The notes below the pieces were generated by a model. The model made no database searches. It saw only the letters and a program-made list of their open reading frames with translations, and was not told where the DNA came from. Source: Candidatus Poseidoniaceae archaeon (GTDB taxonomy: Archaea; Thermoplasmatota; Poseidoniia; Poseidoniales; Poseidoniaceae). Taken from it: a DNA stretch of 64,000 nucleotides. A program made the translations under genes and the position numbers. The DNA is taken from the NCBI GenBank assembly GCA_016777125.1, contig JADHSC010000003.1, forward strand, positions 15,164-79,163, read 5' to 3'. Positions 9,510 to 18,913 of this stretch are shown here, piece by piece (the stretch's first letter is position 1; every line of letters starts with the position of its first letter).

Positions 9510-11171
9510 TTATTCTTCCTCAATCAATTCGAACGTGTTGAAGAATTCATCAATATCGATGACGCCATTTTCATCCGAATCTACATTGTGGAAAATGATT
9601 CTTGATTCGTCCGAAGTAAACGAGAACCCGAGTGCAGAAAGAGCATTTTGGAATTCTCGACAAGTCAAATGATTCTTGCCTCCAAAATCAGCCGCATGGA
9701 AAACTGAAAGTCTCTTCTCATGTTCCGTTTCCGATGTAAATTTGAATTGATTTTTGAATGTGCTAAGGGGTGTCGTTGAAACGGTCGCATGCTTCTTCCC
9801 ATACAGATAGTACGTGATCGAGCCCACCAGGATTGCTGCACCGCCTCCGATGAAGGCTTTCTGTCCAATAAATGTCAGCAAGAAAGCTCCTGCAACAACA
9901 CCCCATATTTGCATGAATGGGTACAGGAGTCCTTTGTATGAAGGATTCCAATCGTGTTCTTTACTGGTTTGTCGTAGAATAATCACACATGAGTTGATCA
10001 TTATGAAAATCATAATCTTGAATCCAGAAGCCAACTTAACGACATCCTTCAACGGCACGAATAAAATCGCAAGACCCATGGCCACACCCGTGATGAGGAT
10101 TGGGAAATGTGGAGTTTCAAATCGTGCGTTGACGTCTTCAAGTGCTTGAGGCAGAAGGTTGTCACGAGACATTGCAAAGAGGAATCGGGATGATGCAAGA
10201 ATTCCTGCAAGAGCCATGGAAATCATTGTTAGAACAGAAATAATCGCAGCAAAAATACCAAACTTCGTCCCAGCCACTTCCTCTGCAAATATGAATATAG
10301 GATTTTCAACGACTTCGCCATTCGGATCAAGCCACCATTCACCAGGTATAGCAGCCATCATGAGGAAGGCTATTGCTGAATACAACACTGTTGCAATCAA
10401 AAGAGACAGCATGATACCTGCTGGAAGATTCTTCTCTGGGTTTTTGACTTCTCCTCCAATCGCTGCAACTTTCGTAACACCCGCATAGGCTACGAAGACA
10501 AACGCTGTAGCCTCTGCTAGAGACCAGACGTCTGTATTGAGTGCGCCATCAATTGGGCGACTCATATCAAAATCATCAACAAAAAATGCTGCTGCACAGA
10601 TGAACAGAAGGAGAGATACGGTTACGATAACGACTGGAGTTTGAATCGCTTTGACCTTTTTGACACCGAGTAGATTCACAATTGTAATCAGAACTAACGC
10701 ACTCAGTGATAACACCAATATGTCCATTTCAATGTCAAAATATGTTGTTACAACAACAAAATATGCAGAGAATCCAATCAAGGCAAATGCAGATTTCAAA
10801 AGAAAAGATGTCCAAAGCCCTAGTCCGCTAATGGTACCAATAAGTGGACCATATGTGCGTTCCATGTAAACGTATGAACCTCCACTTGATGGCATTCCTG
10901 AGGCCAATTCTGATTTGGAGATTGCAGCAGGTAAGACCACTGATGCTGCTAGAAGGAATGCGAGCCAAATCCCCGGACCCATGATTTCAGCGGCAAACGT
11001 TGGAGTAATGAAAATACCAGGAAGCATTGCAGAGAGGGAAATGATCACGACACCAGCCAAACCGATTGTTCGGCTTAGTGCATTCTTGATTCGCTCTGGA
11101 ACTTTCTCAAGTAAAGCATCAACATGGGAATTAACAAGAACAGAACTTGGACGAATCGTTCCCATATGCAT
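9510..11171 (-). CDS. APC-family amino acid permease with C-terminal EF-hand pair
   Basis: About 12 hydrophobic segments; ELASGMPSSGGSYVY, FVAYAG and EVKNPEKNLP motifs; canonical EF loop DSDENGVIDIDEF. Exact start uncertain. Confidence 0.88.
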   Translation of the reverse strand: MHMGTIRPSSVLVNSHVDALLEKVPERIKNALSRTIGLAGVVIISLSAMLPGIFITPTFAAEIMGPGIWLAFLLAASVVLPAAISKSELASGMPSSGGSYVYMERTYGPLIGTISGLGLWTSFLLKSAFALIGFSAYFVVVTTYFDIEMDILVLSLSALVLITIVNLLGVKKVKAIQTPVVIVTVSLLLFICAAAFFVDDFDMSRPIDGALNTDVWSLAEATAFVFVAYAGVTKVAAIGGEVKNPEKNLPAGIMLSLLIATVLYSAIAFLMMAAIPGEWWLDPNGEVVENPIFIFAEEVAGTKFGIFAAIISVLTMISMALAGILASSRFLFAMSRDNLLPQALEDVNARFETPHFPILITGVAMGLAILFVPLKDVVKLASGFKIMIFIMINSCVIILRQTSKEHDWNPSYKGLLYPFMQIWGVVAGAFLLTFIGQKAFIGGGAAILVGSITYYLYGKKHATVSTTPLSTFKNQFKFTSETEHEKRLSVFHAADFGGKNHLTCREFQNALSALGFSFTSDESRIIFHNVDSDENGVIDIDEFFNTFELIEEE

Positions 11172-11257
11172 TACCCCCTGATTCCGACAATAAAAAGCGG
11201 TATGATTGACCTCAAGAGCACTCGGATTATATTTACTTGCCTTTATTTCATATACAT

Positions 11258-11276
11258 GTTACCGAATTGCGGTAAC
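11258..11276. terminator. Short inverted repeat GTTACCG-AATTG-CGGTAAC at the 3' end of the amnA-ridA gene; possible terminator or operator
   Basis: Perfect 7-bp stem immediately after the stop codon at 11276-11278. Confidence 0.3.
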
Positions 11277-12673
11277 TATATCTTGGCGATAACCTTCATT
11301 TCAACAGCGATAGGCGTTGGTAAGGCGCGAATGGCTAGAGTCGTCCTTGTTGGCCCATAGTGACCAAGCGTTTCAGCCCAGACCTCATTGTAGCCTGCGA
11401 AATCTCGATCCATGTCCACTAAAAATGAAGTCACATCGACAATCTTGTCCATTGATGAACCTGCTTCTTCTAAGATTCGTGCGATGTTTTCTACAACTGC
11501 TCGTGTTTGCGCTTTGATATCATATTCGATAGGTTTTCCATCATCATCTCGAATAGGACCGCCTGGGATTGCATTTGTACCGGGTTGCCGTGGACCAACA
11601 CCTGAAAGATAGAGTAAATCTCCTACTTGACGAGCATGCGGATACATGCCAACTGGTTTAGGGGCAGCTTTGCTGTTCACCGCACCTTGACTCTCAGGAG
11701 GTTCCCAAAGCGCAGGGCCTGTTTGAGGGGTCAATGGTTCATCCGATTCAGTGGAATGCTCTTCTGCATCGAGAACATTTCGCTCACCTCTGTAGTATTC
11801 AACATCGTCCTCATCGTATTCCTTATCGCCCATTCCAGTTGAGGTCGGATCGAGTTGGACAACAGCACCACCTGCTCCATGAAGTGCCTCGTAGGCAAGG
11901 ACACGTCCTGTGAGATTGTTTCGGTTACCGTTCATTGCTGAGAGCCACCACATCGGTTTGAATGTGACAACTTTTTGAACGCGTATTTGTTGATGTATTG
12001 TTCTTGATAATTGAGCAACATCTTCGAGACGACCCTCTTCGAGGAACTCCAATACTTTACGATTCCATTCATCGTCCTTCAACGAGTGAATGCGATCATC
12101 AGATGGGTCGATGAATTCGGTAAACATCCGATTAGACATTGACATCGCAGTGACAGCCACGGCTTTACGTCCAGTCTTTTTGATAACATCGAGACATGCC
12201 TTTGCTAGAACAGTTGTTTCTGAACGATTCGCATAAACGTTTGATGATACGATGACAGCGGGAATTGCATTGTCAGGATTGAGGAGTTTAAGTGCAACAA
12301 CAGACCCTACATCGATAGGAAAACCGTGGTATGCAACGGTTCTGCTTTGAAGACCACGATTGTGATTGGCTGCATTCCATGCTTCAGCAAATTCAGCATC
12401 GATATTGAATGAATAGTCCATCGACCCAAGATCATGGAAATCCTGATCCACGAGTGTCCATTGAGGATTAGGATCCGCTTGTATTTGATGACCAATGATG
12501 CTTGGCCAAGTTGTCGAATAGATGATGAGAAGATCTGCACCGCTTTCTTTGATTGCATCTCTGGCTTCATCAAAGGCAGCTCGAAGTCGGCCCCACCCTT
12601 CGTTCTGTTCTGGAACAAGAAGTGGATGTGGATGAACTGGAACAACATAGGAACCAACAAGAGAACCGTTCAT
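11276..12673 (-). CDS. amnA: 2-aminophenol 1,6-dioxygenase alpha subunit (LigB fold) fused to a RidA-family 2-aminomuconate deaminase-like domain
   Basis: N-terminal part has IYSTTW, YHGFPIDVGS and DDRI..DDEWNRKVL, matching AmnA/CnbCa as recalled. After an acidic linker, the C-terminal ~135 aa (APKPVGMYPHARQVGDLLYLSGVGPR...PTRTT..LPTPIAVEMK) match AmnD-like Rid proteins. Confidence 0.85.
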   Translation of the reverse strand: MNGSLVGSYVVPVHPHPLLVPEQNEGWGRLRAAFDEARDAIKESGADLLIIYSTTWPSIIGHQIQADPNPQWTLVDQDFHDLGSMDYSFNIDAEFAEAWNAANHNRGLQSRTVAYHGFPIDVGSVVALKLLNPDNAIPAVIVSSNVYANRSETTVLAKACLDVIKKTGRKAVAVTAMSMSNRMFTEFIDPSDDRIHSLKDDEWNRKVLEFLEEGRLEDVAQLSRTIHQQIRVQKVVTFKPMWWLSAMNGNRNNLTGRVLAYEALHGAGGAVVQLDPTSTGMGDKEYDEDDVEYYRGERNVLDAEEHSTESDEPLTPQTGPALWEPPESQGAVNSKAAPKPVGMYPHARQVGDLLYLSGVGPRQPGTNAIPGGPIRDDDGKPIEYDIKAQTRAVVENIARILEEAGSSMDKIVDVTSFLVDMDRDFAGYNEVWAETLGHYGPTRTTLAIRALPTPIAVEMKVIAKI

Positions 12674-13596
12674 TGTACATCACCCTCGTGTGCATAGCAA
12701 GGCCATTCGACAATCGCATTACCAGTTCCTATAATCGTTCCATATCCATGCAGGATGGCCGGATAGTCAGGAACCGATAACGTACTGAGAAGCCACGTTA
12801 AGCCGCCCCCATCAGATTCTGCAATCGCTTGTTCAGTAAATTCAGGCATTTCATCAAGAATTCGCTGAGCCTGTCCAGTTCGCATGTAATCGATAATCCG
12901 CATGTCCCACAAATGCATTGCATGACTGGCAATGTGCTCTTTACTCATATCTTCTGGAACCTCAGATTCAGTGGTAAAATGACGGTGTGAAAGAGAATTT
13001 GAAGCAAGAATAACGGCTTTCTTACCGCTTTCTTCAATCGCTTCTCTGGTAACTCGTCCAAGTTCCATCATCATTTCTTGCATAACTTCGACCGAATAGT
13101 AATGCGTCGAACGGTTTGAAGAAATAACCACTAAGGGTTTGTCGAATGCTGGATTCACCATGTGTCCTGTGGTGATTGTACCGTAATCCACACGGAAATC
13201 TGGATTCTCCATCATCTTTACAGCAAGACCCGACCCCTTTGCTTTGTCATGAATCGCCTGACTTAATTCGACATCGATGTTCATATCGTAGTTGTAACGA
13301 AACAGATTTGGGAAAACGGGATCCACCGATAATCCTTCGAAATGAGGTATTCCAAGGAAATGTGTACCTACATATGTTTGCCAATGAGGCGAAAGCAAGA
13401 CAAGCACGTCATGATCAATCTTAGATAGAGATTCTCGAAGACGTTCATATCCCCAACGTAATTGCTCCCAACCTCCTTCGGAAGTTGGTTCATTCTGTGG
13501 AGGGTTTTCTGCATAAACGAGGTGAGGAGGGTGAGGGGCTAGACAGCCTGCTACAATCGAACCTTTCGCCATGAGTGTCGGTGGAAGTTCCGTCAT
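12670..13596 (-). CDS. amnB: 2-aminophenol 1,6-dioxygenase beta (catalytic) subunit
   Basis: APHPPHLVYAENPPQNEP..GGWE.LRW, SPHW, SVDPVFPNLFRY, FRVDYGTITT, SNSLSH, PEDMSKE and GYGTIIGTGNA are nearly identical to AmnB/CnbCb motifs. 4-bp ATGA overlap with amnA. Confidence 0.92.
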   Translation of the reverse strand: MTELPPTLMAKGSIVAGCLAPHPPHLVYAENPPQNEPTSEGGWEQLRWGYERLRESLSKIDHDVLVLLSPHWQTYVGTHFLGIPHFEGLSVDPVFPNLFRYNYDMNIDVELSQAIHDKAKGSGLAVKMMENPDFRVDYGTITTGHMVNPAFDKPLVVISSNRSTHYYSVEVMQEMMMELGRVTREAIEESGKKAVILASNSLSHRHFTTESEVPEDMSKEHIASHAMHLWDMRIIDYMRTGQAQRILDEMPEFTEQAIAESDGGGLTWLLSTLSVPDYPAILHGYGTIIGTGNAIVEWPCYAHEGDVQ

Positions 13597-13653
13597 ATGG
13601 ATGCATCGCTGCCAGATGCCAAGACTCAAACGAGGAAAGCATAACCATCACAC

Positions 13654-14181
13654 ATGGGAGAAGAGGATGTGGACACTTCTGAGTCAATTCCCATCAATGA
13701 ATCCGAGCCCTCTCTGGTTGTTGAAGAGCATTCTACACCTGTATCAGAAAGTGAAATCTTCAAGGATATGCTTCGACATATGATGGCTCCGCTCATCCTT
13801 GGAATGCTCTTTGGATCGATCTGGCAAATCGTAGTTATGCCGAAGGTTGACTTTTTTCCAAATCCCGTCCATGGTTCATTCATGATCTACCTTGTACTCT
13901 CTCCATTGATTTACAAATTCCTCGTCGGGCAAGAGATGAATCGTGCCAAGGAGTATGCATTAGGAGTACTATCTGTAGCAATCGTCCTATCAGTGGTTTG
14001 GATTCTCCCCCAACAATCATCCTTGTACTGTGGCGTTTTTTTGACGGGAATCGCTTGGCTATGGTTGAGTTCATTCTGGTTACAGTTTGAATTCCCACCG
14101 TTCCGATACGGCTTATGGCATGCAATTGCAGTCAACATAGGAGCCTTTGGAGGAAGTGTCCTCACGTACATCTACATCTGA
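13654..14181 (+). CDS. Hypothetical multi-pass membrane protein
   Basis: Acidic N-terminus followed by about 5 hydrophobic helices; fills the gap between amnB and panB. Confidence 0.7.
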   Translation: MGEEDVDTSESIPINESEPSLVVEEHSTPVSESEIFKDMLRHMMAPLILGMLFGSIWQIVVMPKVDFFPNPVHGSFMIYLVLSPLIYKFLVGQEMNRAKEYALGVLSVAIVLSVVWILPQQSSLYCGVFLTGIAWLWLSSFWLQFEFPPFRYGLWHAIAVNIGAFGGSVLTYIYI

Positions 14182-15003
14182 TCAAGATGTATAAGATTCA
14201 GATTCGCTCGGGAAGTCGCCTGAACGAACATCATCGCAATACGAGCGAATTGCAGCATCAATATCCTCTGCAAGATTGAGATATCGGCGTAAGAAACGTG
14301 GTGAGAAATCCATTGTGATTCCAAGCAGATCGTGCAGAACGAGAACTTGTCCATCACAATGAGGCCCTGCGCCAATTCCAATCACTGGAATTGTCAATTC
14401 CTGTTGAACTCTTTGAGCCAAATCTTTCGGGATTTTTTCGAGAACAATGGCAAAGCAACCAGCCTTTTCCAATAACTTAGCATCTTCAATGAGTTTGTCT
14501 GCTTCCTCGTCTTCCTTTGCTCGTACTGAATAGGTACCAAACTTGTAGATGCTTTGTGGTGTAAGACCGAGATGACCCATGACCGGAATTCCAGCTGTAA
14601 GGATACGTTCAATCGATTCAACGATTTCAGAACCACCTTCGAGTTTGACAGCATGTCCTTCTGCTTCTTTCATAATCCGAACTGCTGAGTCAAGAGCGAG
14701 GCGGGAGTTTCCTTGATAGGAACCAAATGGCATATCCACGACGATAAGGGCTCGATCAACTGCTCGTTGAACACACTGAGCGTGATAGATCATATGGTCG
14801 AGTGTCATTGGAACCGTTGTGACTTGTCCAGCCATGACATTTGATGCTGAATCACCAACAAGAATCACGTCGACACCTGCTCCATCAACAAGACGAGCAA
14901 GTGAATAATCATATGCAGTAAGCATAGTGATTGGTTCTTTGACTCGCTTCATTTCTTGCAAGGTATGTGTTGTTACCTTGGTTGCTTTTCCATGAATTGA
15001 CAT
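14182..15003 (-). CDS. panB: 3-methyl-2-oxobutanoate hydroxymethyltransferase
   Basis: [34 protein letters not shown] and IGIGAG..CDGQVLV motifs. Confidence 0.97.
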   Translation of the reverse strand: MSIHGKATKVTTHTLQEMKRVKEPITMLTAYDYSLARLVDGAGVDVILVGDSASNVMAGQVTTVPMTLDHMIYHAQCVQRAVDRALIVVDMPFGSYQGNSRLALDSAVRIMKEAEGHAVKLEGGSEIVESIERILTAGIPVMGHLGLTPQSIYKFGTYSVRAKEDEEADKLIEDAKLLEKAGCFAIVLEKIPKDLAQRVQQELTIPVIGIGAGPHCDGQVLVLHDLLGITMDFSPRFLRRYLNLAEDIDAAIRSYCDDVRSGDFPSESESYTS

Positions 15004-15057
15004 AGGTCTCCCTCATGTTTCCGATTGGCTTCAACGTTTCAAAGTCTCGCTATGAAT

Positions 15058-16503
15058 TTAATCATGTTTAATGCAAACATTGAGGGGTTCTGAGAAGAAT
15101 CCGAGACTCCAGCTGCCACCTTCGCGACCAACTCCAGAATGCTTCACTCCACCGAATGGTGTTCGTAAATCTCGATGCAGCCATGTGTTAATCCAGATGA
15201 TACCTGTATCGATTTTCTGTGCAATGGAATGTCCACGCTCTGTATCTCGGGTCCAAATAGATCCGGCTAAACCATAATCAGTCGCATTTGCCATCTCGAT
15301 GGCTTCTTCATCTGATGAGAAACGATGAATGGTTACAACAGGACCAAAGATTTCTTCTCGAGCAGTCCTGGACAGATGAGACAAGCCCGAAATCAAGGTT
15401 GGTCGAAGAAACGCTCCTTCAGGTGTAGGACCGGGAGGACCTGTCATTTCTCTTGTCCCTCCAGTTAGAATCGTTCCACCTTCCTGGATTGCCAAGTTGA
15501 TGTACGATTCCACCTTCTCTACATGGGCCATATTGATCAAAGCACCAACTTGAGTTTCCGGGTGGTTCGGATCACCACATTTCATTGCCGAGACCTGAGC
15601 CACGAGATGTTGTGTAAATTCGTCTGCAATCGATTCATGAACAAGGATTCTTGAACCACAAAGACAGACCTGTCCCGAGTTCGTTAAACCTGCACGGATT
15701 GCTCCTTGAACTGCTTGATTCATTTCAGCATCATCAAGAATGATCGTTGCATTTTTACCACCTAACTCCAATGACAATTTCTTGAACATTGGTGCGGCGG
15801 TTGCAGCAACATGCCGTCCTGTAGCAGTGCCCCCCGTAAATGAAATCGCTTTGATACCTTCATGCTCAAGAATCTGTTGACCAACTTCTGGACCGTATCC
15901 GTTGACGATGTTCAAGACACCATCTGGCAATCCAATCTCTTGACAGACTTCTGCAAGCAAATGTGCTGTTAACGGTGTCAATTCACTGGGTTTTGCTACA
16001 ATGACATTTCCCATGAGAAGAGCGGGTGCTACTTTCCAACTCAAGAGATACAAAGGCAGATTCCATGGAGTAATCAGGCCAACAATACCGATTGGTCGTC
16101 GATGAACAATATTTGTTGCGTCCTCCATTTCGAAGACAAGATCTTCCTGTTCACGAGAAAAATCGGCAAAGAAACGAAAATTCTCAACCGAACGCTTCGC
16201 ATCAACCCGTTGTGCCAGAGAAAATGGTTTTCCCGTATCCAAAGACTCTCTTCGTGCCAGTTCTTCGCTTCGTGATTCGAGAGCATCTGCGATGGCTTCC
16301 AGCCAATCTGCTCGGTCATCGAGTGTCAAATCAGCCCATTCATGCTGGGCGACACGCGCTGCAGCTACTGCACGATATACATCGGGTTGTTTGGAACGGG
16401 GAATCGTTCCGATGAGTTGTCCAGTTGCTGGAGCAAGATTCTCAAGTGTCGCGTGATCAACTGCATCAACGAATTCTCCACCGATGAAATTCTGAACATT
16501 CAT
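15058..16503 (-). CDS. Aldehyde dehydrogenase, 2-aminomuconate/2-hydroxymuconate semialdehyde dehydrogenase (ALDH8/AmnC) subfamily
   Basis: ITPWNLPLYLLSWKVAPAL, FTGGTATG, LELGGKN, GQVCLCGSR, EEIFGPV, and the subfamily-typical W..RDLRTPFGG.K.SGVGREGG. Confidence 0.9.
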   Translation of the reverse strand: MNVQNFIGGEFVDAVDHATLENLAPATGQLIGTIPRSKQPDVYRAVAAARVAQHEWADLTLDDRADWLEAIADALESRSEELARRESLDTGKPFSLAQRVDAKRSVENFRFFADFSREQEDLVFEMEDATNIVHRRPIGIVGLITPWNLPLYLLSWKVAPALLMGNVIVAKPSELTPLTAHLLAEVCQEIGLPDGVLNIVNGYGPEVGQQILEHEGIKAISFTGGTATGRHVAATAAPMFKKLSLELGGKNATIILDDAEMNQAVQGAIRAGLTNSGQVCLCGSRILVHESIADEFTQHLVAQVSAMKCGDPNHPETQVGALINMAHVEKVESYINLAIQEGGTILTGGTREMTGPPGPTPEGAFLRPTLISGLSHLSRTAREEIFGPVVTIHRFSSDEEAIEMANATDYGLAGSIWTRDTERGHSIAQKIDTGIIWINTWLHRDLRTPFGGVKHSGVGREGGSWSLGFFSEPLNVCIKHD

Positions 16504-17627
16504 TCCTTCACCTCTGGGTCATAGATCCAGCGGTCTTGATCAGGGTCCCATTCATCCCATGTAGGAATTGTTTCGAGAACAGAGTGGTATTTGTCGGGAA
16601 CAATTCCCGGAACGATGAATGCTTTTTGTCGATGCAATGGATATGGATTACGTAGATCAATTCCAAGAACACCTAGAACAGCACGAGCAACATACCATGT
16701 TGCTTGAGCATTCCAACCATGTGCAATTTTAACCACAATTCCAAGACCTTTTGGATAATCTGGATGTTCAATGGCAAGACCAAGTAATCCATCCGCTCCT
16801 TCTTTTGCAATCACGGTACCTGCTCCTGCTTTGAGAATGGTTGAATCGAGTCGATTAAATCCACCGACAAGATCAGGATGCCGTACCATGGATTCCCAAA
16901 TCCAATCAGCGTCTTTGTCTCGCACAAGACCTGCGTAAATCTGGGCTAATTCAGCAACAGTGTTGGAAACAGTGGGCAAACCACAGCCGTCTTTAGCGAT
17001 ACGCATTGGTGTCCAATCCTCGCCAAGAAATCTACGGATCTGTTCCATATAGGCTTCAAAAACAGGGTGATTCGGAAGTGTATATCCAGCGCGATTCCAT
17101 CCCTTTTCTCGACAACCTCGAAGAATCGCGGCATGCTCTCCAGAGCAGGTGTGATACCAGCGGCGAGGCCGACGGACTTGACGACCAAATTGAATCAAAG
17201 GAACATCTAACGGTGTCAGCATAAGCGGCCATTCAGATTCCGAAAGTAGGGATTGTGCTGCTGCTACGTGTTCGGTATCGCCGTTATGACTTGCAACCGC
17301 TATCGCTTTTTGCTCCCAAGTGAAAGGATCGAGTTCCTTAACGAAGGCTTTGAGCATGAACGGTTTCATCATCGAACGCCCGTAACAGAGAACATTTCCT
17401 CCAAACGAATGAATGACTTCATCACCATGCGCCCATGCTACTGCTCCATGAATCGTCGTTTCAGAAACACCATTTCGACGATAGTCAACCAAGGGCTCCC
17501 AATCGACATCTCTCCCAGTTGGGATTCCATCGACTTGTTCCCCGAGTGGAGAATTTGGAAATAATCCGCTGCCTGGTTGACCTGGCTTTACTGCCGAGTG
17601 TGAGTGATGTTGAATTCCCATATTCAT
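16500..17627 (-). CDS. Class 3 (Rhizobium etli-type) asparaginase-like amidohydrolase with variant motifs
   Basis: RSMMKPF, ASHNG..EH, TCSGEH (canonical NCSGKH), DGCGLP and KEGADG. ATGA overlaps with both neighbours. Confidence 0.82.
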   Translation of the reverse strand: MNMGIQHHSHSAVKPGQPGSGLFPNSPLGEQVDGIPTGRDVDWEPLVDYRRNGVSETTIHGAVAWAHGDEVIHSFGGNVLCYGRSMMKPFMLKAFVKELDPFTWEQKAIAVASHNGDTEHVAAAQSLLSESEWPLMLTPLDVPLIQFGRQVRRPRRWYHTCSGEHAAILRGCREKGWNRAGYTLPNHPVFEAYMEQIRRFLGEDWTPMRIAKDGCGLPTVSNTVAELAQIYAGLVRDKDADWIWESMVRHPDLVGGFNRLDSTILKAGAGTVIAKEGADGLLGLAIEHPDYPKGLGIVVKIAHGWNAQATWYVARAVLGVLGIDLRNPYPLHRQKAFIVPGIVPDKYHSVLETIPTWDEWDPDQDRWIYDPEVKE

Positions 17628-18853
17628 CCATCCTTGAGAAGTTCTTCAACGCGAGGAACTACTTTTTCCATGTAAGCGCGCATGTTACGACAAACACGAT
17701 CACTATCATGATTGAAGAAATCAAACCATGCCATTACTCGATCTTGTGGGTGGAAACGTTCGACCAATTGTTGAGCAACATCTTCGACATTTCCAATAAG
17801 TGCATTTTGAGCAGCATTTTGCACCTTTGTAGGATCAATTGTTCCTTCAAGGGCATTCCAATAAGCGCCTAGAGACAGATCTGCTTCACTGTGTGCTGCT
17901 GTTCGTTGCTCTTCAGAAGTTAATCCATCCTCATCATTAACGAATACGAAACTGGTTCGAGGCATATCTGAACGCTTCCATTCACCACCATCTGAATGGA
18001 AACATTGACGCATACGCTCATGTGTTGCATCGATGACTTCGGGTTGTGTAATGGAGAGATTAAACACACGAACGGGTAGATATTTATTGACAAAAACCTG
18101 GGCTTTAGGGTCATGAGTTCCTGCGACTAAGACCAATTGGTTACGATCAAATTTGTTCGGAACAATTCGAATGTCTTCGAACACATATCTTCGATCGATG
18201 GTTATTGAATCATCTTTCGAACCATGTGCATTCTGCACCTTTTCCCAATCGCCATCACTACGGAAATTATCACGCGTAAGTACTGTTGAGCGAATCTCAT
18301 CGGAGTGAACTACATCACCTCTGAGTAACCTCAAGAAGATTTCACTTGCTTCAAGGAATATCTGTCCACGCAGAGCTGGCCAAGCGGCTTCTTCGGTTGG
18401 AGTCCTTGGAACGATTCCATATGGCCGGGCCATGAATTCAAATCGTCCTGCAGAGAACCCAACGTGGAGTTTCCTCGTGTCGCCTTTGACAGCAAGAAGT
18501 TGCAATGTATTAGCGATACGTTCTGCTTGAGCAATCGGCCCACCTGATGCAAGAATTGACACAACTGCACTCCCTATTTCAATCCGGTTTGTCTGTCGAA
18601 AAGATTCCATAGCCAGTTGTGGGAAATCAGTACAGAGCCCAACCTCTCCTTTCCAGTGTGGAACCACAGGTCTGCTGTTTGATTTTTGAGTTTCAGTTGA
18701 AAGATGAGATTGTGCAATCCAGCCGACGCCAAATCCAAGTTCATCTGCAAGCGTAAGTTGCTGAAAGTAATTCTTGAACATGGTTTGCTCAGATGGGATA
18801 TGCCCTTCATGGTCTGGAGTTTGACTGATGGAGAAGAAAATATCGTGTTCCAT
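17624..18853 (-). CDS. LLM-class (luciferase-like) flavin-dependent oxidoreductase
   Basis: ADELGFGVGWIAQSH, TNRIEIGSAV, AERIA.L, C-terminal LIGNVEDVAQQL. Start moved to ATG 18853. Confidence 0.82.
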   Translation of the reverse strand: MEHDIFFSISQTPDHEGHIPSEQTMFKNYFQQLTLADELGFGVGWIAQSHLSTETQKSNSRPVVPHWKGEVGLCTDFPQLAMESFRQTNRIEIGSAVVSILASGGPIAQAERIANTLQLLAVKGDTRKLHVGFSAGRFEFMARPYGIVPRTPTEEAAWPALRGQIFLEASEIFLRLLRGDVVHSDEIRSTVLTRDNFRSDGDWEKVQNAHGSKDDSITIDRRYVFEDIRIVPNKFDRNQLVLVAGTHDPKAQVFVNKYLPVRVFNLSITQPEVIDATHERMRQCFHSDGGEWKRSDMPRTSFVFVNDEDGLTSEEQRTAAHSEADLSLGAYWNALEGTIDPTKVQNAAQNALIGNVEDVAQQLVERFHPQDRVMAWFDFFNHDSDRVCRNMRAYMEKVVPRVEELLKDG

Positions 18854-18913
18854 GCCTCTCACCTGTTCTCTCCATGAAATCAAAGGACATAACCAGTTCG
18901 ACGCTCGTCTGAC

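Noticed and set aside
12670-13596. Generic LigB or tRNA-modification annotation for the dioxygenase subunits
   Set aside because: The motif-level match to AmnB/CnbCb and the linked alpha subunit, ALDH and deaminase favour aminophenol ring cleavage.
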